Origin: Isurus oxyrinchus
Taxonomy: Eukaryota
Assembly: GCA_026770705.1 (NCBI GenBank)
Contig: JANJGN010000119.1
Location: forward strand, 868,001 to 932,000
Reading direction: 5' to 3'
Length of the DNA stretch: 64,000 nt
The translations under genes and the position numbers were made by a program. Shown here one piece after another: positions 24,960-37,487 of this stretch. Within the stretch, counting starts at the first letter, position 1. Every line of letters begins with the position of its first letter. The notes beneath the pieces were generated by a model that was given only the letters and a program-made list of their open reading frames with translations, ran no database searches and had not been told where the DNA came from.

Positions 24960-25440
24960 GCTCCAAAGATAAACATGTTGTGGAAGCTTTTAGTTTTCAG
25001 TCATCAGGACAGTATCCACTAGAATTCCAAATTTAAAATGTAACAATAATTTATATGCTTGAAAAATAATGTTGATTGGTTGGCAAGCGGACATTGATTT
25101 CTTGAGGTGTTTTCATGAGCAATGCACAAGCAACAAATATGCTCAATCGTTTCTTTAAATTCAATGCAGGCAAATCGGTTAATATTTTCGATGTTTTGGC
25201 ATTAAGAATGTTCCAAGGAAATTTTGAACCCCAATCCTTTTACTTAAATAAGGCGCAGTGACTGGGCATGTTATTGTATTTACATGGGACAATGCCTTGC
25301 GTCTGAATGCTGCATAAAAGGGTACTAGCAAACGTGAGTGAGCCCGACTGCAAGCCGTTTGTTAATCTTATATTGAGTGCGAGTGTAAATCTCAACACAC
25401 TGGAGATTGTTATGTAAGTCTCCCCAATTGCTGAATCACA
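24960..25440 (-). mobile_element. Penelope-like element family 2, 3' fragment (GIY-YIG C-terminus + 3' UTR with decayed hammerhead)
   Basis: The - strand reads DSAIGE... (25420-25437), homologous to CDSVIGQ at ~58845-58866. The hammerhead-like TGTC-CTGATGA-CTGAAAAC-TAA-AAGCTT-C-CACA is at 24979-25011. Confidence 0.65.
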
Positions 25441-25454
25441 CTTAAAGTTTCATT

Positions 25455-25572
25455 ACAAAAACATAGTTACCTGGAAAAACTCATCAGGTCTGCTGCCAGA
25501 TCTGCTGAGTTTTTCCAGGTAATTCTGTTTTTGTTTTGGATTTCCAGCATCCGCAGTTTTTTAATTTTTATT
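25455..25572. mobile_element. Ultra-short fold-back Penelope insertion with TSD
   Basis: TTACCTGGAAAAACTCATCAGGTCTG / CAGATCTGCTGAGTTTTTCCAGGTAA inverted arms plus tail. TTAAAGTTT(C/G)ATT occurs at 25442-25454 and 25573-25585. Confidence 0.85.
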
Positions 25573-26340
25573 TTAAAGTTTGATTGTTTCTCCTGTGTTT
25601 TACAAAAACGGGGTGCTTGAGTCGGGTCAGTAGAAGCAATAGAATTGAACTGTTGTTGAAACGATGCACCAGTCATTGGGACATATCGCCTAGAAAGCAA
25701 TAATCATAGAAACTATGGAACTCATCCAGCACGTTACTAATTTGTGTGGTAAGAAGATCATATTTTCGCTTGTTGGCAACACTGTGCCACTATTGCACTA
25801 CCACAGTGAAAAAATACTTTTTGCTTTGCCCGCTGCTCAAATATTTGAGACACCTTGCACTCCAAGGGGAATTTGACGTAGACGGAGAACTTGTCAGGAA
25901 TAAAAGTGCTTACCTTTGTACAATTCATGATGTTGAGTAGCACACAATGAGCAAAGTTCCGATTGTCGTGCAGGGTAGCTTTGGTGCGTCCGATTTCAGA
26001 ATCAAGGCTGCATGATGGAAAAGGTGACTGAGTACATTTTGGCGAAGTTGTGATTTGTCCAATTTTGTAGTTCGTAAGGCTATAGGAGCTACTAAAGTCT
26101 TCCACCCTCAATTTCTTCCTATAACACTCTCCTTCTTTGCTCGAATTCTAAACAGTTCCTTTTATCTTTCCAGTCTCTCACACAATTCTTTCCCGGGTGG
26201 TGAAGTTGCTGACAGGCATTCTCTGATTGCCTTAGATTATTGTGGGAAACTTGATTTTCTCGTATATCTGAGGCTTATGCAAGGAATAACGACAGATGAG
26301 CAACTGAAGGCTCAAGCCAATTTTCAGTCAAATATCCTAC

Positions 26341-27161
26341 TGTCATGAAGAAATATTATTTTCTATACTGGAATTGGAAATTATTTTAAATTGGATTTTT
26401 TTTTAGCCTGCCTCTGTTTGGCTCTGTGGGTCTTAACTGGATTAAAGCCTGCTAGCCTGGTTGCTTAGATGCATAGTAGGTTGGGGTGTCATTACGGTAA
26501 ACGGGAGGTGTAGAAAGTAAAGCGTAACTTTGCATCAGTTGAAGAAACAATTCAAAAGAATATGTAAAATCTTGCACCAAGCCGGGAAACGCCACGCAAT
26601 GTGTTTATATCACAAATTAAATTTATGGAATGAAAAGAATATTTCTAAGAGCGGTTTCTTTTTTAAACATTACAATAGAAAATTTACATTCAAAGATTAA
26701 GCTCGGTCTAGACAAAAAGGTGTTTGTTTGCATCTGTCAGTGACATTTCAGATCTAATCAGTCTGTAAGTGCACAACTCTGTCTGAAAAGGAAACAAATT
26801 GAAATGAACCTAATTTAGATTTTTTAAGGTCAAATGTGTTTTGCATGGTGTCTATTTAAAATCTTTCTGTTCTTATTGCCTCTGTGAAGATTTACGTGGT
26901 AGTTATTGTTGTAGGGATTCTTTTAACTTCATTATTACGCTAGTAATTTGTAGACATGTTTATTTGTTTAATTCGTTGTTAATTTAACAAACTTTTAATT
27001 TAGTTTTACATTAAAAAATACTCTTGCAGCTTGATGGTCTTATTCATGAATTCAGCACTGCATCTGAAAAATACCTATTCAAAATATAGGTTATGATAGC
27101 TGTTCAAGTTTCCCTCCGGGATTTAAACAATGCAATCTTTACTAAATGCAGTGCCATAAGA
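26341..27161 (+). mobile_element. Solo LTR of the Gmr1-like Gypsy family
   Basis: Starts TGTCATGAAG and ends GCCATAAGA, resembling the ends of the LTRs at 36757-37487 (TGTCAGGAAG...GGCATAACA) and 46888-47636. Flanks CCTAC and CTTAC form a 5-bp TSD with 1 mismatch. Confidence 0.78.
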
Positions 27162-27979
27162 CTTACCCACATGTGAACAGGTCTTCTTGGATGGCAATAT
27201 ATCCCTGATACTGCCTGTCCGGCAGCCATTCAGTGTTTCAACGTGCATTTATTAGATTCAGGTGGGACCTACGACGATAAATCGGGAGTAAGTCCCGCCT
27301 CAGAGATCTGAGAGCGAAACTGACTGGCCAACTCTTCGCTAGTCCCAGTTCCGGAAGAAGTCCCCAAGGCCTTAGCCCTAGAGAAACAATAGTTTTTGGA
27401 TTTCTCAGGATACGTAGGGGAGGTGAGGTTGGAGGAGGCGAAAGAAAACATATTTGGGGTGTCTGTTGAGAGGCGGGGGAGTGGAGGAACCCCGCAAGCG
27501 TGAGAGTTTTTGAGCAGTCTATCGGTATTAAACAATGGCTGCTGATGGAACACCAGCACTCCCGTAAGTCCTCCCCCCAACACCACCACCCCCCACCCCC
27601 CACCACCCCCCCCCCCCCCAACACCCCAACTTGAAATCATCGTCTAAACAGCATTATGGCTGGGCGGAGACAAACATTAAGTTTTCAATAATTGGCCAGT
27701 TAATGGCTTCAATTGCATAAGGGTGGGTAGAACTCCTCCGCTGCGTCGTACAATTGTGTCGAGGTCTGGGCTTGCGTGAACACGTCCAGATGGTCATCTG
27801 GCAGATTTTACACTCACCACAAACACGCCGGCAGGGGGACACAAAGTTCTACCCCATGACTTGTAAACGTTTTTAGTGCCTTTGTAGCTCATACTGACGT
27901 GAAGTTAAAAAGAACATTTGGTGACTCTATAATGATATTTTGTATCCTGATTAATAGTCCTTAAGTCATTAAAACCGTA

Positions 27980-28560
27980 GAAGAGGTTATTCAGTCCATC
28001 CAGATTTTGTTGGCACGCCCAGCAGCGAACCAATCGTTCCCATTCCCGAATCTATTATCAGAGTCCCGCTGGTATATTTTGCATAAGCGTTTTCTAGCTT
28101 CTCACTGAAATAATTGGTTACTCCATTTCCCGCCAAGCTCATAGGCAGGACGTTCCATCCCCTTAGTGCTAACTGCATGATAATGTTAATACCCCTTTCT
28201 CTCCAGTTCTTGTTCCTAACAGCTTAAATCTGGGCCCCTCGTTTGCAAAGTCGTCTGATGGATTGGAAACTTATTTCTCTAATGCATCTAAGCCAATCAC
28301 GATCTTGCGCACTGTCATCAGATCCCCCATCAATCTATTTTGCTTCAGGCAGAGCAACACTAGCTGCCGCAAGGAAAACTTAGAAGGAAAATGTAATATT
28401 TCTGAAACCATTCTGGTAAATAACGTGTGCTTCCTTCCAAAGAGGCAGTTATCCTTTTCTGAGGATTAATGAACCTACCACGGAACAGTAATGCTGTTGT
28501 GGGCGAACAAAGCAACATACTCGTTCTGAATAAATTCCTTGCATTTGTACTCAATGTTTT
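27980..28560 (-). mobile_element. Old CR1-type LINE 3' fragment
   Basis: The - strand shows degenerate CR1 C-terminal sequence (WNVLP in ORF 27987-28178; GDLMTVRKI at ~28300-28328). Confidence 0.55.
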
Positions 28561-28569
28561 GATAGATAA

Positions 28570-30810
28570 AGAAAGCAAAATGCGCTGATGATGGAAATCG
28601 GAAATGATAAGAGAAAATGCTGGGAAAAGACTGCAGATCTGGCAGCATCTCTGGAGGGAGAAACATAATTAAACTTTCGAGTCCGTATGACCCTTCTTTG
28701 TACATAAGAGGAGGGGAAATGTGTTGGATTTTAAGTTGTTGAAGAGCTGGTGGAGCAGGTGGAGCAAGAATGAAAGTCAGGGTTTGGTGACAGCTAAGGA
28801 GAAATTGACAGAAATGACACAGACACAAGACATAATGAGTGTTAAAAGTAGTGGAAAACACTAAATAAGGTGTTGGTTGTCGCATTTAAGTAAGACCAGA
28901 ACGTGTTAATGGCAAAGCAAGGGTCAGAGCTCTGTGAAATCACAACATGAAGACAAGTGATAGGTGGCACAATGGGCTTGGGGGTGAGGGTCACTGGATG
29001 TGGTGGGATGCGTAAAATGGCTAAAAAATAGATTAATACATTTTTAAACAAAACAAATAAAAGTTAAAATGTTGGAAAAAAGAAAGAAATGTATAAAAAA
29101 GACGTAAAGATGGATGACAAAGGTATGGTCTAAAGTTATTGACCTCAAATTTAATTCTGGAAGACTGAAAAGCTGCTGATCGGAAAGTGTGGTTTTGTCT
29201 GTTCAGGTTCCATTGTGCTTCGCCAGAACTTTGAAGCAGGCCGAGAATGTAGAACTGTGATGAGACCAAGGTCGTGTGTTGAAAGACAAACGGCAGAAAG
29301 TTATGTGTCATGCACATGAAATGAGCCAAGGCATTATGCAAATCGGTCACCAATTGTGCGTTTAATCTCCCCAAAGTAGAGAAGACCACTTTTCTAGCAG
29401 CGAATACAGTTGTCCAAATTGAAGGAGGAGCTGGTGAAGCGCTCCTTCACCTGAAGGGAATTCTTGAGGTTGTGTATTAAGAAGAGAAATGAGCTAAATG
29501 GGCTGGATTTGCATTTTCTGTGATTGCATGGGAAGATGCTCTGGGAAGGGGATAATGTTTCAGGAGTGATGGAGGACTGGACCAGGTTGTCACCGTGCCA
29601 ATGTTGGCGAGAGGGCGGGGGGATGGGGTGGGATGGTGAGGGAAAGACATGCTTAGTGCTGGTATTGTGATAGAGGAGGCCGAAACGCTATCAAATAAAA
29701 TATCAAACCTGATGGGGTGACAAGTGAGGACAACGAGGGCCCTTATATGCTTCCGGCAAGGAGGGGTAATAGTGAAGGCAGAGTTGGGGGAGATGAGTCA
29801 GAAATGGTTGATGACACTTTCAACCATCGTGATGTAAACATTGGTTAAGGAATAAGGAAGGCATGAGGCAAGCGCCATTATGGAAGGCAGAATCATTGGA
29901 ACAGATGCAGTGGAATTGGTAGAACTGAGAGAACGGAATGTAGCCCCTGCAGGAAGTAGGATGTCAGCGGCTATAGTTGAGGTACCTGTGGAAGTCATTG
30001 GACTTGAAATGAATGTTGGTGGACATCTTATCACCAGGAATTGAAACAGAGAGGTCAAAGATGGGAAGGAAAATGTCACAGCTGGGCGACGTGAAGGTGA
30101 GACAGGGATGTAAATTGGAAGCAAAATCCATCTTCTTTTTCCAGATCCTGCTCCGACTTCCATTATTACCCAATGGAAACTGGAGGAACAACATCACATC
30201 TTCCAATTAGGCACGTTACAGCCTCGCGGATGTAACAATGATTTTGACCTCCTCCACCTTGACCAACTTTCAAAAATCGAACTTTTATTTACCTATTGAA
30301 TTAATTTTTGTATTTTTTGGCAGCATAATTTTTATTTTTTCATGTCATTTTTGTTCAGTTTTAATTCTTTTTTGCAGCCTCCCTGCCCCAAAGAGCCTTC
30401 TCTTGTTTCTATGTAATTCTTTCACAGAGCACTGAACCTATTCTGCTCTTAACAGCTTCACCTTTTGTACCTTTATGCCAAACCCAGCACAGTCTTTACT
30501 CTTTCACATTTTCATTAACACTCCATTTGTCTCACGTCCATTAAATCAAATCACTTTGTCTTTCTCTGGCATCAATCTCTTCTCAGCAGTCACCTGTCCC
30601 TGAACCTCTACCTTGCTCCACCTGCCCCATCCCCTATTTAACTGTAGCAACTCGATCACATTTCTATTTACCTTTCGCTCTTAAGGAGAGTCAGCAGTAT
30701 TCAAAATGTTAACTTTCTTCTCCTTTCCACAGATACTGCCAAAACTGTTGTGTATTTCCAGCATTTTCTGTTTTTATTTCAGATTTCCTGCATCCACAGT
30801 ATTTTGCAAT
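28570..30810. mobile_element. Penelope-like retroelement with inverted arms (RT C-terminus + GIY-YIG on -, inverted 3' copy on +)
   Basis: The - strand has IFDLSVSIPGDKMSTNIHFKSNDFHRYLNYS (PLE RT thumb, ORF 29964-30206) and a frameshifted GIY-YIG region (LYFGEIKRTIGDRFA at ~29340-29385). The + strand from ~30170 repeats KLEEQHHIFQLGTLQPRG and ends in the pLTR tail at ~30810. Confidence 0.85.
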
Positions 30811-31200
30811 AACCTTTGATTCCATTGCCTAATAATAATATATCTCCCTCTGCCTTAAAATTATTCATTGCTCCATTTCCGTTGCCTTTTGAGGCAGTGA
30901 TTCCAATGTCGCACAAAATTTTGAGAGAAAAAAAAATCTTCCTCATCTCTGTCCTCTAAGGCGACTCTTCATTGTAAAACAATGCCCCCTATCTTTGGTC
31001 TCCCCGAAAAGAGGGGGAATAATTTCCACATCCATGGCATCAAGGAAATTCAGGATCATACATACTTCAATCTAGAAACTGTTCAAAGTTTTGAAATCCA
31101 GTGGAACAAAGCGTAGCCGATCTAACCTTTCCTCATAAGACAGCCAATTCATTCCAAGGTATCGGAAACTGCAGGGAAATATACTGGACATTATAAAAAC
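30810..31200 (-). mobile_element. CR1 LINE 3' fragment
   Basis: LGMNWLSYEERLDRL (ORF 31072-31431). The body is homologous to 13200-13500. Confidence 0.75.
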
Positions 31201-32659
31201 AATTATTGAATGTCCGGGATGATGGACAGGCAGTGAAAGCCATGGAGTGGGAGTATACATTACCAGAATTGGAAATAAGGAAGAGTTTCTGAATTTCCAT
31301 AATGGATCGGCTGATGAATCCCATTTGAAGGAACATGCAGGTATGGGAGAAAGGGCCTCACATACGTTATGAAGGGATTTAAATAGTACTGGCATGGAAA
31401 GTCCACAACAAACGAGCAGGGGTCGAAGCATGAAAAGGCATCACAGTGGATTAGATATCATACAGAACCATCGGGTGACTAAGATATTTTTGTGGCTGCT
31501 ATTACATATGGATAAAACCATACATGACGCTAAGGAGATATACTTAGAGAGTTGGCATGAATTTTGCGTGTATTGAAGGGTGCCAGGTGAGGGCCACCCA
31601 ACATTATTTCATAAATTGTTCTGTAGAGAAATGTTCCGATCTTAGGGAGCTTATAAGGCCAACACGGGGTTAATAGTCATAAACACAGCATGTCAGCAAA
31701 GGGATCACCTTCAGGTAAATGAGTTCCTGTAACCACGTAATGAAGAGATATGTGTGCAAATAAGACTTGGGAAGTCAATGAATGTGCGTATCATTTCACT
31801 GATACTTGCAGAGTATAATAAATTTCAATTAGACCACTTTTGTTCAAGTCAGTTAGTCTCCAACTGAAGACAGATCGTGAATTTCTTTCTTTTTTCTGTT
31901 ACCAATGCAGAAAACTCTCGCCTTCATGGTGATGCATTCTGTCAACTTTTGGTGGGATGGTAATATGGGAGATCCAAAGCACTGATGTTGATAGCAATAA
32001 ATAATAACATCAGGATGGGAGGCAGGCTTCTGAGGCCTTTACATATGTGGGTTAGAAAGAAGCCAGTATCAGCTTGATGTTACCTTACGTCAACTATCAT
32101 ACTTAGAAATTGTTGGCCCTCTCAAAGTCAAACGTGCCGGGTCCTCACAAAAATATGCAGATGCTACCAAAGCTGAGACAGAACACCACCAAACGCCAAT
32201 TGGCTAATTGAACAGGCTAAGCATGCCAAAAAGACCATACACAAGCTGTTATGCCTCACAACTGAGCACTGTAATAAAACATCAACAGATTGAAGACTTT
32301 GACGCTGCTGAACAAAATATTTAAAATCATGGTGAAGAACAGTGAGCTGAAAATTCTACCTTTAGGTCATTCTAAGAATACAAAATAATCGATGTTTTTG
32401 GTGCACCTAATGCAAACCTTTGCGAAGGGCTTTCGATTGCATCCCGTTTCTTGTTACTTCTTATGAGACAAAGCGGCAAATGTTGCCTTTCAACTCGGAA
32501 AGCTGACAAAATGAGTCGAATGGCAAAAACTACCCTGACTGCTGAGTTTTGCGCTCATTAAGGCAGTCGACATGGAACTATTATCATCAAATTTATTAAT
32601 AGGAACTCCATATCAGGGAGATGCGGAAGAAACCCTAATGATAGAAAATCAGAATTATA

Positions 32660-33470
32660 GAAAACAGGAGCAGGAGCAGTCATGCGGCCTCCCAACTGCT
32701 CAAATGTTCAAACAGATCATGGCTGATACTCGTTGTCAACGCAATACTCCAGCACACTCCCCAAATCCCATGGTGCCTTTAGAGCCTAGAATTTTTTCTA
32801 ATTACTGCTTACGTATATTCAGTGACTTGGCCTCCACAAGCATCTACAGTCGGGAATTCCATAGGTTTACGACCCCCTAACTGAAATCCTCATCTCCGTC
32901 CCAAGTGCTTTACCCCGTATCATGAAACTGTGATCTCCTAGTCAAAGCACCCCAGCCAGAGGAAACCTTACCCCTGCATCGAGCCTGTTCAGCCCTATCA
33001 AAGTGCGACATGTTTCAATGACATCTCCTCTGACTCTTCCAAAATCCAGAAAATACTGACCCAATCAGCCCAAACTCCCTTCATACGACAAACGTGCAAC
33101 GCCAAAAATCAGTCTGTAATACATTTGCTGCAATCCCTGTGTGCCACGTATATAAGTTCTTATGTAAAGAGACCAACACTGCACACAATGCTCCAGGTGT
33201 GGTCTCATCAAGGCCCTCTTCAGCTGCAGTAAGACACCTTTGTTCCTGTATGTATGTTCTCTCAGTAATCAAGGCCAATATCCCATTTGCCTTGTTAAGC
33301 CTTGCTGAACCTGCAACCTTACATTCAGCAATTCGTGCATAAGGATACCCAAACCCTTTTTGATATCAAAATTTCCCAGTCTATCATAATTTGAATAATA
33401 TTCTACCATTCTGTTTCATTTTTCCGACCGAAGTGGATAAATTCACAATTATCCATGTAATATTGCATCT
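32660..33470 (-). mobile_element. CR1 LINE 3' portion
   Basis: Reversed tail AGAAAACAGGAGCAGGAGCAGTCATGCGGCC. RPHLEHCVQCWSLY on the - strand at ~33165-33205. Homologous to 2704-3540. Confidence 0.8.
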
Positions 33471-34119
33471 GCATTTGGACAGAAATATTGCATTTGGACA
33501 GAATTATTCTTCCTAAAGTGTTCCCCCTATTGAGGTTGAGCTGATTGGCCAAACATCCTGGGACTATCATTACATGCAACAACTTTTTTTATTATTTTGA
33601 GTAAACAAACAGGTGTTGCATTTCTCCTGTCCTCCAGCCCAGCCTTTAGAAACATTGGAAGATTTGGGCAATGGCATTCAGAGTTTCCACCCTTATTTAC
33701 CAAAGATTTGTGGGTTGTACTCATCACCAGGGAAAAAACCAAGCATTGCATCATACGTTAATAGGCAAAAATATCATTGGATCTGATACAGACCCTCGAT
33801 TGTAATTAATTAGATCTTGACACAAAATATATGCGGGTGCAAATGGGAGGAAAAAAATATAATTGAGGCCTATGATGTTGCCCTGACTTCCTGGTAAATT
33901 CATATCTACCCCATTGTTATGTGATAGAGCATCAATGCCCAAAGCAAGACAGATATTGAAATGGTTTGGCAAGTGATGGATGGCCATAAATGTTGCTTCC
34001 CGGTTGATGTGTTCGATTTGGAGAGGTGGGAGAGACCATGAGGTATTTATGTTCTGATCGGGGGTTCCAAAAACCATTGATAATAGTGTAAAGCTGTTCT
34101 TGTTAAAACAAGTGAAGGG

Positions 34120-34969
34120 TATTTTTTGGATAAAAGGGCAGAGAGAGGCAGAGAGGGAAAATGAAAAGAGTGTAAGCAAGAAGAAGGGTAGGTATTGGGG
34201 AAAGAAAAAGACAGAGGACGGGATTGAGGGGGATAATCACAAAGGGAGGTTGACAAATGCAGGAGAGAAAGGTAGTGGCGAGCGATTTAGACTGGTGGCA
34301 AATGGATTCAGGAACAGAGAAATTAGGGAAGAAGAAAGAGTCGGAGATGGAAATGGATAAAGTTTAAGACAGTTGGGAGGTGTGCGGCAGTTGGTGAAAA
34401 GAGCCCTCCAGGGACAGAGGGAGAGGGCTGAGGAAAATCGAAGGAAGGGGAAGGTGGCAGAGGTGGAACAGTGGTGAGAATCAGAGATGGGTATGTGCTC
34501 GACGTTTTGAAGAACGAGGAAGAGGGACTGAGAGAAGTGGAAAATTAATGGGTTATCGGGATAGAGATTGGCGAAGATAAGTAGAAATAGAATGAGAAAG
34601 TGAGAAATAGAGAGGCGAAGAAAATGTGTATGTGTGCGTGTGCGGGGGGAGGGGGGGTTCGTGGGGAGGGGTGGAGGCAGGGAGGGGAGAGAAAAGTAAG
34701 GGAGGGAGAGAGAACCTGACGGAGAGAGATGAACGCCCAGAAATATAGATACATATTAAGCAAGAGAAATAAGGAAAATTCAATTAAGAGACTGTGAAAA
34801 GTAAAACTAAAGCGCGGGCAAAAGTGGGAGAATCACAGAAAGGAAAAAAAAAAAATAATATGACAGACATTAAGAGACAAAGGGTGCGATTGGAATGGGA
34901 GAAAGAGGGGAAGAATTAGAAATTTCGAGAATGAAAAGTAGGGAGAGGCAAGACGGTACAGAATGCGGC

Positions 34970-35002
<33 letters not shown>
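34120..35002. repeat. Purine-rich (GA) low-complexity tract ending in (GA)n
   Basis: Strong A/G strand bias, with perfect (GA)n at ~34977-34998. Confidence 0.8.
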
Positions 35003-35003
<1 letters not shown>

Positions 35004-35049
35004 CTCGACAGAGTGTCAAAGACGGGATACGTTAAACATAGATGATATA

Positions 35050-35620
35050 CACCTTATTCCATTCTTATAGTCCAAGCTTACAAGCATCTTCAAAGGTGCG
35101 TTAGAAAGCAAAGGCTTTACATCTAGTCAAAGAGAAATTAGGATTTAGAGGAAAGATTTTGAGGTGCGCCCTGAATTCCACAAAACAAGGGGCTGAGAGA
35201 TTGAGGAATGCAATTTTACATTCCTTACAAACGTGCAGCTGAAGGTACGGCCTCCAATGGTGGAAAAATGAAAATGGAAAAGGACAAGTTCCAGTAATGG
35301 AGGTTTCCAGATATCCTTAAAGGTTAAAGAGAATGCAAGGGAACACAAATCGAGTTAAGGTGTAGGTGCTTGAGGGGGTGAAAGATGGAGAGTGTTGGAG
35401 CCGCTAGAGGAACTTATAGAGATCGGGGGCGGGAAGAGGTGCACTATTGGCTGGTAGGCCTCACAGTGATAAACTCTGTTGTAGTGCTTAGTAGGTTTAC
35501 AGAGATATGGAAGAGTTAGTAGATGAAAAGTTTTGGGAGCAAGGCGACCCTGGCTCCATGTGTGATCACACAGTCGCTCAGCCATGAACAGCGTCTTTTA
35601 AAGCTTGGGGGGAGAGATAT
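35050..35620 (-). mobile_element. L2-like LINE 3' fragment
   Basis: The - strand peptide FHFSTIGGRTFSC (ORF 35145-35348) resembles the L2 ORF2 C-terminal G-R-F-S motif. Confidence 0.55.
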
Positions 35621-36446
35621 AAATAGAGGACAGCGATAAGGCTGGAAGGTGGCTAGGGCAATACAATAATTCGTTTCAATAAATGAATAACAAAATCAAT
35701 AGATTGATCGATAGATGTATGGATGCAAACTAAATGGGTGCGGGAAGGGTGATAGATGGCCGAACGGATAGAATAACGGGATGAGGGACATACAAAATCT
35801 ATGGAAGAATGGACGACCAGACTGTCGGACAGACAGAAAGAGGGATGGATGGGGGATAAACAAATGAATAAAAGCATATTGACCAAAGGAGATTTCATCT
35901 ATATGCAGCCTCTTGCTGTTATACAAACTTGTTTTCCGTTCTTTCTGAGAAGAAGCAAGGAGTTCAAAATCGAGCAAGTCTACTTTGAGGAAAGAATGTA
36001 TCTGCTGTGCTATTTTATGTTCATCAGGGAACGTTTTTACTGCCTTCCTGTCAACTTCACTTCCGGTTCACCGAAGACCAAGTTTGTCCTTTGTCCTCTG
36101 CTCCCTTGACTGCCCGCCTCCATCTGTTAATTTATTCCCCGGACTCTGCATGTTATATCTCGACATTGAAACGCAGCCTTTGGCGTTAGAGTCTCCGCCT
36201 GCATAGCTATAAATGTATTTTCAATGTCTGCTTAAATGTGCTCATTGAATGCAGTCCCCGGAAGTATCCCGATGATCTTGACCCACTGCTTTTCGCTGTA
36301 TCAGATAACTGAGGCACATTTTTTTTTAAGTTTTTCCCGCTCACTGACCCATCTTAATTTTCGTTAACAGCTCTCCTCTGGATGCATTACTTCCGATACT
36401 GCTGCGGTTACCTCATGCCCCATGATTCTAGATATTTCAGCTGCTC

Positions 36447-36756
36447 TCAGTTCTTTTGTTCAGCAATTAATTTCTTAATCGATGTAGTGGATGATTCAGC
36501 GCATTCTGTAACTGCACCCTGAACTAAGCCTGAGTCAACATATAAATATTTTTTTGTGCAGCAAACTTAAGTTCCACAGCATTTACGCAACATTATCATA
36601 GGTGCAAGAAAATTCATCATCTCAAGCATTTAGGACATCAAAATATCTAAAATATGCACCAAAGATCGAAACTGTGATTCTCTCCCACAGTCTGTCCCCT
36701 CAGTCTCTGGTGAACTCGGCTGGCAAATAAAATGTCTCTCGCTGTCAGAGATTTGA
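36447..36756 (-). pseudogene. GPR139-like GPCR pseudogene, 3' part (end of TM5, ICL3, TM7, C-tail)
   Basis: The - strand gives KSLTARDILFASRVHQRLRGQTVGENHS (cf. NVLTVRHILVASRVRKRLRGQSKG). After an apparent deletion of TM6 come ML.NLS/CCT and TQA*FRVQLQNALNHP (cf. TQSKFREQFKRAGTYP). Stops and frameshifts present. Confidence 0.88.
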
Positions 36757-37487
36757 TGTCAGGAAGAGGAAGTAATGATAATATCATTGGAGTTTTTCTA
36801 ACATTTTTAATCGAGTATTAGTCTGTGTATGCTAATTGGATGAAAGCCAGCGAGGCTGGGTGCTTTGGTGTACCGTAGTTTTCGGATGTAAACAGGGCTG
36901 GCGGATACATTTGCATTTTGCTAAATAGAACATTCAAGAGTGCGGGTGAGAAATCTTGCATCTAGTTAGGAAGACACCAAGCAATCCTTTTATTACTGGT
37001 GACAATGGAACTATGAACGGATTTCAAAAGGCCTGGTCATACAATGAAAATTTGCATTCAGAAAGAAAGGCTAGGTTTAGCAGAAAGGTGAACCCATGTG
37101 CATCACAGAAACGTGTAAGTTGAAAATTTGTAAGATTAAAACTGTTAGTATTGGAACCAAACAGTAAGGAACTACATTTCGAATTCGGCTGGTGAAAATG
37201 CTCCGCCTAGTGTCTGCTTAAGTCTATTGGTTATTGTTTCCTTGGGAATTTGTTTAAAATTTAAAATAGAAATGTGTAGACATGTGTATGTGTTTAATAC
37301 CTTTTTTGCAAAACAATACAAGTTTAATTTAGTTTGATATAGAGACGTCTGGGGGTTTGGCGGGTTCATTTATGAATTCAGAGTTCCATATCAAATATTC
37401 CAATTGAAAACATCGGTTATGACGGTTGTTGGAAGTTGTCCCCTCGGATTTTAAATAACAGTCTTTTAAAACTGCTATGGCATAACA
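36757..37487 (+). repeat. 5' LTR of the Gmr1-like element
   Basis: TGTCAGGAAG...GGCATAACA, collinear with but clearly diverged from 46888-47636. Confidence 0.8.

Noticed and set aside
33500-34179. 142-aa - strand ORF and possible APE endonuclease-like words on + (GLYSSP, IIGSD)
   Set aside because: The ORF starts in low-complexity sequence and has no domain. The APE resemblance is marginal.
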